This document shows positions 1 through 11,917 of a stretch of 64,000 nucleotides of DNA, piece after piece. Within the stretch, counting starts at the first letter, position 1. The number at the start of each line of letters is the position of its first letter. The position numbers were made by a program, and so were the translations under genes. Under the pieces are notes generated by a model, which was not told the origin of the DNA, made no database searches, and was given only the letters and a program-made list of their open reading frames with translations. The stretch comes from an uncultured Chloroflexia bacterium (GTDB taxonomy: Bacteria; Chloroflexota; Limnocylindria; Limnocylindrales; CSP1-4), in NCBI GenBank assembly GCA_963813535.1, contig CAWEZH010000002.1:1440001-1504000 (forward strand), given 5' to 3'.

Positions 1-2237
1 GTAGTAGCTCGTGCCGCCGGCGTTCGCGTTCGCGCCGAAGTAGGCGAAGTAGTCGGTCAGGCTGGCCGGCGTCCGGACGCCATTGCCCCAGTCATGGTTG
101 CCCGGGACGGGGCGCGTGCGTGCCTTGAAGGGGCCCCAGGTCGGGCTCATAGCAGGCGTCGAACTCGGCCAGCCGTGCCCGTCTGGTAGACGTTGTCGCC
201 GGTCGTGATGATCGGCCCGTCGATGCCGGCCATGATCGCGGCGGTCTCCGTGTCGCCGGTTTCGGTGCACGTCGCGAGATCGCCGATCGCCGAGACGACC
301 GTGCCGCTGGTTTCGGCAGCGGTGTGGAAGGTCCAGGTCGGACCGGTCGTCGTGGTGGTGCCGTCGTTGACGGTGGCGAACCACTGGTATGTCTGGCCGC
401 CCCCGAGGCCCGTCCAAGAGAGCGTCGCGTGTGCACCGGATGCAACGGCCTGTGGCGCTCCGAGGCTGGCGTAGTTGCCACTCGCCAGCGGGCGTCCGAA
501 GAACTGCACATTGACGGTACCGCCGTTGGGGTCCGATGCGATCACGTCGAGAGTGGGGGGCCGTGCCACGCCAGTGGCGGCGTTGGCGGGTGTGACGAGC
601 ACCGGGGCGTTGGGCGGCGCGGGGAACGCGATGTCGAAGGGAGCCCCGGGTACCCTCGCGACCGGTGATCCAGCGATCGTGCCGTTGGATGCAGCGGCAG
701 TAGCGGTATCTGGGACATTGATCCCGCTCGCTTCGGACATCGGCCAACGGGCGACCAAGCCGGCGGGCGCCGATGACAACTGGCTGTTGATCTCGGCACG
801 GATCTGGGCGAGCGACCGGGCTGAGTTCCAGACGCGAACTTCATCGAGAGTGCCATGGAAACGAGCCAGGTTTCCGGCGTTGATCACGCCCGTCGAGGTG
901 AGTGACACCCCCAGCGCCGCGTGCTGGATGGTGTCAGACCGCGGTGGAAGCGCCGCTTGCGTCGTCTCGAGCTGGCCGTTCACGTACAGCCGCCAATTCG
1001 TTCCGTCGTATGTGGCGGCTGCGTGATACCAGGTGTTCATCGCGATGACCGACGTGCCACGCACGGGTTGATTGGTACCGTCTGCCATCGTCTCGAAATC
1101 GGCCGCGATCACGTCGGTCGCGTCATCGATGCCGAGCATCCAGTTCGCGTCGACGTTCGAACCCTCGGCCTGAGGTCCGCCATGGGTCACGAGGGGCAGG
1201 AAGCTTGCGATCCCGCCGGTGCCCGTGCTCCCGGCCGTGCCGGCGCCGGTCCGCCTGAACCACGTTTCGATGGTGAACTGAGCCAGATCCAGTTCGGCTG
1301 GGTCACCAAACGCCACGTACGTAGCGTTCGTGACCGTCGCGGGTGTCGCTACCTGGCGGAGCTCCAGCCCGTTTGCCGTCGGTAGGACTGGCGGCGTAAA
1401 TCCTTCGGGCCACGTCGGTGCATTGACAAGCGTCCCTGTATGGCCCGAGTTGGAGCTATCGGCCGTGGTGGCGCCGGTGCCTTCGTTCAGATGCCACAGC
1501 CCGAGGAGGGCCGGATCGTCACCGATCTCGACATCCTTCGAGGCCTGGATCTGCCCAAGCGTTCGCGCTGCGTTCCAGACCCTGGCTTCGTCGATCTCCC
1601 CGTCGAAGAAGCCAGCAGCCGGGAACGACGCATTGGATCCGATCGCCGTGCCAAGGGCTGCGTGCTGGATGCTCGCCGATTGCGGCAGGAACGCGGTTCC
1701 GAGATTCAGCGTCCGGTCCAGGACGCCGTCGAGATAGATGCTCCAGGTCGAACCGCTGTACGTGGCCGCCGCGTGGTGCCAGACGTCGTTGGTGACGACC
1801 GTTGATGCGGTGACAGGGTGGTTGCCGCCGTTGACCGTGTCCTCGAAGTCGGCGACCAACACGCCGGTGGCCGAATCGATCCCAAGGAAGTAGTTGACGT
1901 TGAGGTTGGCCGGCGTATCGGCCTCCGCTCGTCCCTTGGTGAGTAGTGGGATGGCCGACGTGATGCCGCCAGCGCCCGTCCCGGTTCCAACGCCATTGCC
2001 CGTGCGCTTGAACCAGATCTCGAGCGTGAACGCGGACGCACCGAGGCCGGGCGCGGCACCGAATGTGACGTGCTGGTTGGTCCCGTTCAGGTCCAGACCG
2101 GTGCCTGCCGCCGCGCGCGCTTCCTCGATCGGCAGTGGCACGACACCGAGTGCCGGGCCCATCAGGGACGTCGCGAGCAGGACGACCTGAAGGACGGCGA
2201 GCTTGGCGGCGATATTGCGCGCGCTCGGTACCCTCAA
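1..2237 (-). CDS. Secreted tandem LamG-like (concanavalin/jelly-roll) protein with C-terminal metallophosphoesterase domain; frameshifted near 143 and 170; runs off window start
   Basis: Signal peptide, two LamG-like repeats (FTLEIWF...WHHAAATY...DEARVWN), Ig/FN3-like segment, then GDL and GDNVY. Removing two single bases continues the frame as AEFDACYEPTWGPFKARTRPVPGNHDWG (GNHD phosphoesterase motif) to position 1. Confidence 0.8.
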
Positions 2238-2346
2238 ACCCCTCGGGCCTCCCCCGACCCCCCCGGGTCAGATGCGATCCCCTCGAGTCGCTGGCCAGTG
2301 CCGAGGGCTGGGCAGGTCGGCAGTGGCCCTGAGACGAGTTGGGCGG

Positions 2347-2376
2347 ACGGTACTAGTCCGGTAGGGTCCAGCGCAA
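2347..2376 (-). promoter_or_regulatory. Putative sigma70 promoter for the LamG/phosphoesterase gene
   Basis: Minus strand TTGCGC-N18-TACCGT, about 110 nt upstream of the start. Confidence 0.4.
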
Positions 2377-2425
2377 GCCAAAAATGCGCCGATGGTGCGT
2401 TCGGGCACCGACCGTGTTCAGCCGG

Positions 2426-3184
2426 TCACGTCCCCGTGGGCACCGCTTCTTCGGGCTCCCGGACCGTGACCGTGACCGGACCGACGAATCGAGCGATGTA
2501 CTCGAGCAACAGGACGATGAAGATCAGGACGCCGGTCATCTCCAGCGCTTCCTCGATCGTCAGCACCACGATGTACAGGAGAGACGTGCCACCGAACGTC
2601 GACGCGATGTAGTCACCGATGGCATCCGAGCCGAGGACACCCGCCATGTACACGAGGCCGCCGATCGCGAACCACGTCCGCCACCTGCGCGGCAGGGCGA
2701 CGAACCATCGCCCGAACAGCGCGATGGCCACGACCAGGCCCACGATGCCGATGAGACCCAGTCCGATGAGCAGCCATGGCCCGTCGGTGGCATCGGCAAG
2801 CCGACGCAGCACCTTGGTGACCTGCGAATGGACACCGATGATCTCCTCGAGCGAGAGGAAGGCGAACCCGATGGCCAGCAGCGCCCACTGGAGCGCATAT
2901 GGTCGACCCTGGCGCCGGGCGGCAGTCGCGATGACCCCGAGCATCACGCTGACTGCGAAGAGTGCGACGGCGGCATACCACGTCGGGATGCTCGCCTCGG
3001 CGTTCACGTCAAGCCAGTGTGCGATCGTGTCGACGTACTCGTTCTCGACGATGACGAACTCGGCGACGACCTGTCCGACGAGGCTGACGACGCTGAATGT
3101 GGCGATGAGCACGACCAGCCACCTGGCCAGTCGTCGGACCGGGACGGAAAGTCGCAGCGGATCCTCGGCCCGACCCCCTGCCAC
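2426..3184 (-). CDS. Multi-pass membrane protein of unknown function
   Basis: About 7 hydrophobic segments with conserved-looking motifs (EASIPTWYAA, LSLEEIIGVHS, IEEALEMTGV). GTG start chosen 2 nt after the mmsA stop. Confidence 0.7.
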   Translation of the reverse strand: MAGGRAEDPLRLSVPVRRLARWLVVLIATFSVVSLVGQVVAEFVIVENEYVDTIAHWLDVNAEASIPTWYAAVALFAVSVMLGVIATAARRQGRPYALQWALLAIGFAFLSLEEIIGVHSQVTKVLRRLADATDGPWLLIGLGLIGIVGLVVAIALFGRWFVALPRRWRTWFAIGGLVYMAGVLGSDAIGDYIASTFGGTSLLYIVVLTIEEALEMTGVLIFIVLLLEYIARFVGPVTVTVREPEEAVPTGT

Positions 3185-3186
3185 CT

Positions 3187-4722
3187 CTACCGCGTCCGCG
3201 GGAATCCGAGATCGACCGTGCTCGTGCCCGGATCGGGCCAACGCGACGTCACGATCTTGGCGCGCGTGTAGAACTGGATGCCCTCGGGGCCGTACATGTG
3301 CAGGTCACCGAACAGGCTCGCCTTCCAGCCTCCGAAGCTGTAGTAGGCGACCGGCACCGGGATCGGCACGTTGATGCCGACCATCCCGGCATTCACCTCG
3401 AACTGGAACTGACGCGCCGCCCCGCCATCGCGGGTGAAGATCGCCGTCCCGTTGCCATACGGGTTCTCGTTGATGAGCGTGACCGCCTCGTCATAGGTCT
3501 TGACCCGCACGACGGTCAGCACTGGGCCGAAGATCTCGTCGCGGTACGCGTCCATCGACGTCGTGACGTTGTCGATCAGCGAGGCACCGAGGAAGAAGCC
3601 CTCGCTGTCGCCGTAGAGCGGGTGCTCACGGCCATCGGCGACGATCGTGGCTCCCTGCTCCTTCGACGAGTCGAGGTAGCCGGCCACCTTGTCGCGGTGC
3701 TGGCGCGTGACGAGCGGACCCATCTCGGCCGTCGGGTCGCTGCCGGGACCGACCTTGACGTTCGGCAGGCGCTTCGAGATCGCGTCGACCAGCGGATCGG
3801 CAACGTCTCCGACAGCGACGATCGTGGCGATCGCCATGCAGCGCTCGCCGGCCGAGCCGTACCCCGCCGAGACCGCCGCGTCGGCGGCCATGTCGACGTC
3901 CGCATCGGGCAGGACGATCATGTGGTTCTTCGCCCCACCGAGCGCCTGGACTCGCTTGCCGGCCTTCGTCCCGGTCTCGTAGATGTAGCGCGCGATCGGC
4001 GTCGAGCCGACGAAGCTGACGGCAGCGATATCGGGATGCTCGAGGATGCGGTCGACGGCGACCTTGTCGCCGTGGACGACGTTGAACACGCCGTCGGGGA
4101 CACCCGCCTCGTGAAGCAGCTCAGCGATGAAGATCGACGCCGACGGGTCCTTCTCGGAGGGCTTGAGGATGAATGTGTTCCCGCAGGCGATGGCCGTCGC
4201 GAACATCCACATCGGCACCATCGCCGGGAAGTTGAACGGCGTGATGCCGGCCACGACACCGAGCGGCTGGCGGATCTGGTAGACGTCGACGCCGGTGCTC
4301 GCCTGCTCGGTGAAGCCGCCCTTGAGGAGGTTCGGGATGCCGCAGGCGAACTCGAGGTTCTCGAGACCGCGGGCGATCTCGCCGAGGGCATCCGAGGGGA
4401 CCTTGCCATGCTCCGCGGTGAGGTGGGCGGCGAGCTCGTGACGGTTCTGGTCGACCAGGTTGCGGATCTTGAACAGGATGTCCGTCCGCTTGCTGAGCGA
4501 CGTCGAGCGCCAGCCCGGGAACGCGGCCCGTGCCGCGGCGACGGCGGCGTCGACCTCCTCGATCGACGCGAAGTCGACGTGTCGAGCCAGCGCACCGGTG
4601 GCCGGGTCGTAGACGTCGCCCTCGCGGCCGGACGTGCCCGCGACCGACTGACCGCCGATCCAGTGGCTGATCCGCCCCGGTGAGGCGGCCGTGCTGATGT
4701 CTGGTTCGGCGACTTGCGTCAT
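3187..4722 (-). CDS. mmsA: CoA-acylating (methyl)malonate-semialdehyde dehydrogenase
   Basis: GITPFNFPAMVPMWM, SFVGST, QALGGAKNH, GSAGERCMA, EIFGPV motifs. Confidence 0.95.
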   Translation of the reverse strand: MTQVAEPDISTAASPGRISHWIGGQSVAGTSGREGDVYDPATGALARHVDFASIEEVDAAVAAARAAFPGWRSTSLSKRTDILFKIRNLVDQNRHELAAHLTAEHGKVPSDALGEIARGLENLEFACGIPNLLKGGFTEQASTGVDVYQIRQPLGVVAGITPFNFPAMVPMWMFATAIACGNTFILKPSEKDPSASIFIAELLHEAGVPDGVFNVVHGDKVAVDRILEHPDIAAVSFVGSTPIARYIYETGTKAGKRVQALGGAKNHMIVLPDADVDMAADAAVSAGYGSAGERCMAIATIVAVGDVADPLVDAISKRLPNVKVGPGSDPTAEMGPLVTRQHRDKVAGYLDSSKEQGATIVADGREHPLYGDSEGFFLGASLIDNVTTSMDAYRDEIFGPVLTVVRVKTYDEAVTLINENPYGNGTAIFTRDGGAARQFQFEVNAGMVGINVPIPVPVAYYSFGGWKASLFGDLHMYGPEGIQFYTRAKIVTSRWPDPGTSTVDLGFPRTR

Positions 4723-4763
4723 GGGAGGGTCCTCGTGGATGGCAGCGATCCGACCACGATACG

Positions 4764-5627
4764 TCAGAACGGGGGCCGAGTCTCGGGATCGGGCCAGGCC
4801 GTTCCTGCCGGGTCCTCAGGCTGGGTCTCCCGCCGCGGCAGCCAGACGCCGACGACGATCGCCGCGACCACGGCTGCCACGGCGATCCCCAGTGCGAGCA
4901 CGCCGCCCGCCGGGAACGGCCCCACGACCAGTGGATCGCGCCACGTCGTCGATACGGCGGCGCGGGCGATGCACCAGGCGGCGAGCGCGACCAGAAGACG
5001 GCTGCCGTCGCGCGCCTGGAACACGCCGAGCGAGCTGGCGGCGAGGACAAGCAGTGCGACAAGCGCCGTCCCGAGCGCCTCGTAGACCTGTGCCGGATGT
5101 GACGGGACCGCCGGCGCGAGTGAGACCCAGGGTCCGGGACCCAGGAAGGCGGTGGCCCACTCGCCATCGAAGACCCGACCCTGACCACTCCCGCCGAGGA
5201 CCATCGACAGCTTTCCACCGACGATCGCGACGAGCAGCGGGATCGTCGCGATGTGCGCCGCTTGCCTGACCGGCCAGCCCAGCAGCAGCGCCACGATGGC
5301 GCCGGTGACCAGGCCACCGACGACGGCCAGACCGAGCTCGAGACCACCGAACGCGGGATCGAAGAACGCCAATGGCCCATTCCGGAACGCCTCGGGCATC
5401 AGCAGCGCGTAGCCGATGCGGCCCCCGATGATCGCCCCCGGCACGGCGCCGATCACGACGTAGAGGAGGTCATCGTTACGCAGCCCGTTGCGCTTGGCCA
5501 GGATCCCGGCGGTCGCCAGACAGACGACCACCACCAGGGCGAGAGCGAGCGTCTGCCAGCGCACCGTCAGGCTCGAGCCGAGGTGGACGAGAGGGTCGAA
5601 GTCGAACGCGATGAGGGCGATCGGCAC
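4764..5627 (-). CDS. Lgt-like membrane protein (degenerate prolipoprotein diacylglyceryl transferase paralogue)
   Basis: FDPLVHLG...VRW, IIGGRIGY, HPAQVYE motifs, but no RxGNxxNxE signature. GTG start preceded by TACACT. Confidence 0.75.
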   Translation of the reverse strand: MPIALIAFDFDPLVHLGSSLTVRWQTLALALVVVVCLATAGILAKRNGLRNDDLLYVVIGAVPGAIIGGRIGYALLMPEAFRNGPLAFFDPAFGGLELGLAVVGGLVTGAIVALLLGWPVRQAAHIATIPLLVAIVGGKLSMVLGGSGQGRVFDGEWATAFLGPGPWVSLAPAVPSHPAQVYEALGTALVALLVLAASSLGVFQARDGSRLLVALAAWCIARAAVSTTWRDPLVVGPFPAGGVLALGIAVAAVVAAIVVGVWLPRRETQPEDPAGTAWPDPETRPPF

Positions 5628-5868
5628 GGTCGCCGCAGTGTACCCGCGCGAAAAGTGTCGGCTTGCCGACACAAGGGCTGTCGCGTACCCGCTGCCCGAG
5701 CGGTGTCGCGCGCGACAGCATCGTCGATATCGTGCCGACGAGCGCGGGGGCGCAGAGGGGTGCGATGAGGGGGAACGCTCGGAGGGGGCCTGGGGGCCTT
5801 TCCGATCAGTCCCGGCGTCCGGCCCACGGGGGACGGGCCGGACGTCGTGACGATGGCGAGGGGATGCT

Positions 5869-6675
5869 GTGCCTACACGTCCACGGGCCGTGACCGGCCT
5901 GGACATCACGCTGCTCGGTCGGGTTGCGATCCGAGCCGCGGACGGCACGGAGGTCCGTTTCGTCGGCCGCCACGTCCAGGCGCTCTTCACGCTTCTGGCG
6001 CTCACGCGCCGGCCCCGCACGCGCGAGGCCATCGCCACCGATCTTTGGCCCGAGTCGCTGGTCGCGGCGACCGGTCCGCTTCGCCAGGCCCTCTATCAGC
6101 TGCGGACGGCGCTGGTCGGTGCCGGCCTGCAGGTCGATGCCATCCTCGAGTCGGACGCCGAGACGGTCGGATTGCGACCGGAGGCCATCCGCTCGCTCGA
6201 TGTCGCGCGCTTCGAGGCCTGCACGGACGATCCGACCTGCAGCCCCGAGGAGGCGGTCAGGCTGTACGCCGGCGACCTCGCTGAGGGCCTCGGTCACGAC
6301 TGCTTCGCCGCCGAACGCGAACGGCTGGCCGACCGGTTCGAGGATGCCCTGGCGCTCGTGGCTCGCCGACGACTCGCTGCCGCGGACGAGGACGGTGCAC
6401 GGCTTGCCGCAGAGCGGCTGATCACCCGGGACCCCCTGCGTGAGGAGGCCCACGAGGTGCTCATCGCCGTCCATGGCATCAGCGGATCGCGCTCGCAGGT
6501 CGTTCGGCAGTACCGCCGACTGTGCGACCTGCTGCGTCGCGAACTGGCCGAGGCGCCGCTCCCCGAAACGGACGCGACCTACCGGGCCGCGCTGGCCCGG
6601 ACGATCGCCCGGTCGCGAGAGCGGGCCGTTGCCATCGAGCCGCCCGGGAGCACGAACCTCGCTGTGGTCCGCTAG
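5869..6675 (+). CDS. SARP/BTAD-domain transcriptional regulator (winged HTH + BTAD)
   Basis: ITLLG, REAIATDLWPE, LRQALYQLR, LDVARFE, DPLREEAH, ELAEAPLPET motifs. Confidence 0.85.
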   Translation: MPTRPRAVTGLDITLLGRVAIRAADGTEVRFVGRHVQALFTLLALTRRPRTREAIATDLWPESLVAATGPLRQALYQLRTALVGAGLQVDAILESDAETVGLRPEAIRSLDVARFEACTDDPTCSPEEAVRLYAGDLAEGLGHDCFAAERERLADRFEDALALVARRRLAAADEDGARLAAERLITRDPLREEAHEVLIAVHGISGSRSQVVRQYRRLCDLLRRELAEAPLPETDATYRAALARTIARSRERAVAIEPPGSTNLAVVR

Positions 6676-6689
6676 ACCGCCTCAGTTCA

Positions 6690-6878
6690 CCGGCGGCGGG
6701 ACCTCGAGGGACGGCGAGGGACGGCCGGGCTCATCGGACGGTCGGACCGGAATGGTCGGGGCGGACGACGCCCCGGGCGGCAGGCGGTAGCGGCGTGCGC
6801 TCGGGGAGGTCGAGGTGGGGTCGACCTGGCCCCGTGGTCAGTGCACGGAACGTACGCCTCGCAGAATTGCCGGGTCAA
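6690..6878 (-). ncRNA. Candidate small RNA with its promoter (C-rich loop hairpin)
   Basis: TTGACC-N18-TACGTT (6878..6849) is followed by no credible ORF, but by CGGGG-CC-AGGTCGA[CCCCACC]TCGACCT-CCCCG and further stems. Confidence 0.4.
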
Positions 6879-6952
6879 ATCGGTTCCATGCGAAGCGGTG
6901 CTCGAACGGTGCGCCGCCGCACCACTGAAGACCGCTAGCGGGTTCGGATGGG

Positions 6953-9891
<2,939 letters not shown>

Positions 9892-10130
9892 TGATGGCGG
9901 ACTCCTTGGCGCGGGCGATCAACTCACGGATCGACCGGCCGCGCGTGCCGCTGGCGATGTTCCGGGTGGTGGCCCGGTGAGGCTAGCGGGAGTCGGCTTC
10001 CACAGTCGCGCATCGTCGATGCTACCACGTTGCGGTTCGGTTGCGACAAGGGGTCCAGCGAACGGGGTCGGGCCGTACCATGGGTCCCCCACCGTCAGCC
10101 GCGACCACCATGTCTCGAGGGACCGCCGCC

Positions 10131-11648
10131 ATGACCGACACGCTGATCCCCGATCGCGAACAGGCCACCAGCGAGCTCGCCGACCTCCGCATTCGGACCG
10201 ACCTGTTCATCGACGGCGACTTCCGACCCGCGCGTGACGGTCGGCGGTTCGTGACCGAGAACCCGGCGACCGGCCGATCGATCACCGAGGTCGCCGAGGG
10301 TGGCTCCGCGGACGTGGACGCCGCGGTCGCCGCGGCCCGAGCGGCATTCGAGCGCGGCGTCTGGTCACGGATGGATCCCGGAGCGCGGAAGCGGATCCTC
10401 CTCGGCTGGGCGGACCTGATCGAGTCGCACGCACGGGAGCTCGGCCTGCTGGAGACGATCGACGCGGGCAAGCCCATCACCGATACGGTCGGGCTCGACA
10501 TGCCGGAGACGGCGGCATGCATCCGCTGGCACGCCGAGGCGATCGACAAGCTCTACGGCCAGGTGGCGCCGTCGCCGGAGGGCACGGTGGCGACGATCAC
10601 GCGGGAGCCGGCGGGGGTCGTGGGCGCGGTCGTGCCGTGGAACTACCCGGCCCAGATGGCGGCCTGGAAGCTGGGGCCGGCGCTGGCCACCGGCAACAGC
10701 GTCGTGATCAAGCCCGCCTCGACCACGTCGCTCAGTCTCCTCAGGATCGCCGAGCTGGGTGCCGAGGCCGGCATCCCCGCGGGCGTGCTCAACGTCGTGA
10801 CCGGACCGGGCGACACGGTCGGGGCGGCGATCGGCCGACATCCCGACATCGATGTCGTCGCCTTCACCGGCTCGACCGAGGTCGGCCGGAGATTCCTGAC
10901 CTGGTCGGCGGAGTCCAATCTCAAGCGCGTGCTGCTCGAGCTCGGCGGCAAGAGCCCGCAGATCGTGTTCGGCGACGTGACCGACATGGCCGACGTGGCG
11001 GCCAACGCCGCGACCGCGATCTTCTGGAACATGGGCGAGAACTGCAGCGCCGGATCGCGCCTGATCGTCCATCGCTCACGAAAGGACGCCCTGCTCGACG
11101 CGCTGCAGGCGGAGCTCGCGTCTTGGCCGGTCGGGGACCCGCTCGACCCGGCCACGAAGATCGGCGCGATCATCTCCAAGCCGCATCTCGAGCGCGTGCT
11201 CGGGTATGTGCAGGCGGGGCGCGAGGACGGGGCACGCCTGGTGACCGGCGGCCGGCGGATCCTCGAGGAGACGGGTGGCTACTTCCTCGGACCCACGATC
11301 TTCGACCGCGTGACGAACGACATGCGGATCGCCAGGGAGGAGATCTTCGGGCCGGTGCTGTCGGTCATCGAGTTCGAGACCGAAGAGGAGGCGGTGACGA
11401 TCGCCAACGACACGGCCTACGGCCTGGCGGCCTCGATCTACACCGACGACCTGAACGTCGCCCACCGGGTCGCCCGCGAGCTGCGGGCCGGCACGGTCGG
11501 CGTCAATGCCTATGCCGAAGGCGACATGACGACCCCGTTCGGCGGGTACAAGCAGTCAGGTTTCGGCGGCCACGACAAGTCGGTGCACGCCCACGACCAA
11601 TACACGGAGCTCAAGACCACCTGGATCGTGCTGAAACCAGGTCGATAG
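10131..11648 (+). CDS. NAD-dependent aldehyde dehydrogenase, PuuC-like
   Basis: VPWNYP, FTGSTEVG, SNLKRVLLELGGKS, NMGENCSAGSRL, EEIFGPV, PFGGYKQSG. Confidence 0.9.
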   Translation: MTDTLIPDREQATSELADLRIRTDLFIDGDFRPARDGRRFVTENPATGRSITEVAEGGSADVDAAVAAARAAFERGVWSRMDPGARKRILLGWADLIESHARELGLLETIDAGKPITDTVGLDMPETAACIRWHAEAIDKLYGQVAPSPEGTVATITREPAGVVGAVVPWNYPAQMAAWKLGPALATGNSVVIKPASTTSLSLLRIAELGAEAGIPAGVLNVVTGPGDTVGAAIGRHPDIDVVAFTGSTEVGRRFLTWSAESNLKRVLLELGGKSPQIVFGDVTDMADVAANAATAIFWNMGENCSAGSRLIVHRSRKDALLDALQAELASWPVGDPLDPATKIGAIISKPHLERVLGYVQAGREDGARLVTGGRRILEETGGYFLGPTIFDRVTNDMRIAREEIFGPVLSVIEFETEEEAVTIANDTAYGLAASIYTDDLNVAHRVARELRAGTVGVNAYAEGDMTTPFGGYKQSGFGGHDKSVHAHDQYTELKTTWIVLKPGR

Positions 11649-11681
11649 CGCGGCGGGCTACCCGGAGACCGGAACCCCTCC

Positions 11682-11711
11682 TTGACCCGCACGCACCGCG
11701 GCCCGTAGCAT
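11682..11711 (+). promoter_or_regulatory. Sigma70 promoter upstream of SAM riboswitch
   Basis: TTGACC-N18-TAGCAT, 16 nt before the aptamer. Confidence 0.7.
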
Positions 11712-11727
11712 CCTCGGTACAACCGAA

Positions 11728-11842
11728 GAGCACGTATCAAGAGATGGCTGAGGGACCGGCCCGTTGACGCCACGACAACCTACCGACGCGACGTCGGCAA
11801 GGTGCCAAGTCCGGGCAGGTCCTCCTGCGAGATACGGGTCTC
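11728..11842 (+). ncRNA. SAM-I (S-box) riboswitch
   Basis: CGTATC/GATACG P1, ATCAAGAG, GGCTGAGGGACCGGCCCGTTGACGCC (P2 kink-turn), CAACC...GGTGCCAAGTCC, GCAGG/CCTGC P4, AGAT. Confidence 0.92.
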
Positions 11843-11917
11843 TCCCGGGGCCCATCGATCGACAGGTCCTGACCCATCCACGCCGGTCCGTCGCCGACGA
11901 GCGACCTGGAGACCGAT

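Noticed and set aside
3298-4683. Long antisense/alternative-frame ORFs (also 11780-12982, 13469-15106, 28408-30282, 52908-54344 and many others)
   Set aside because: Shadow ORFs of high-GC genes; Arg/Pro-rich or mirror composition with no motifs.
6683-6840. Short Pro-rich minus-strand peptide
   Set aside because: No usable start after the in-frame TGA; treated as non-coding.
9900-10050. pckA leader and CGCAAC direct repeat as a riboswitch or operator
   Set aside because: No recognisable aptamer; the repeat is too short to support on its own.
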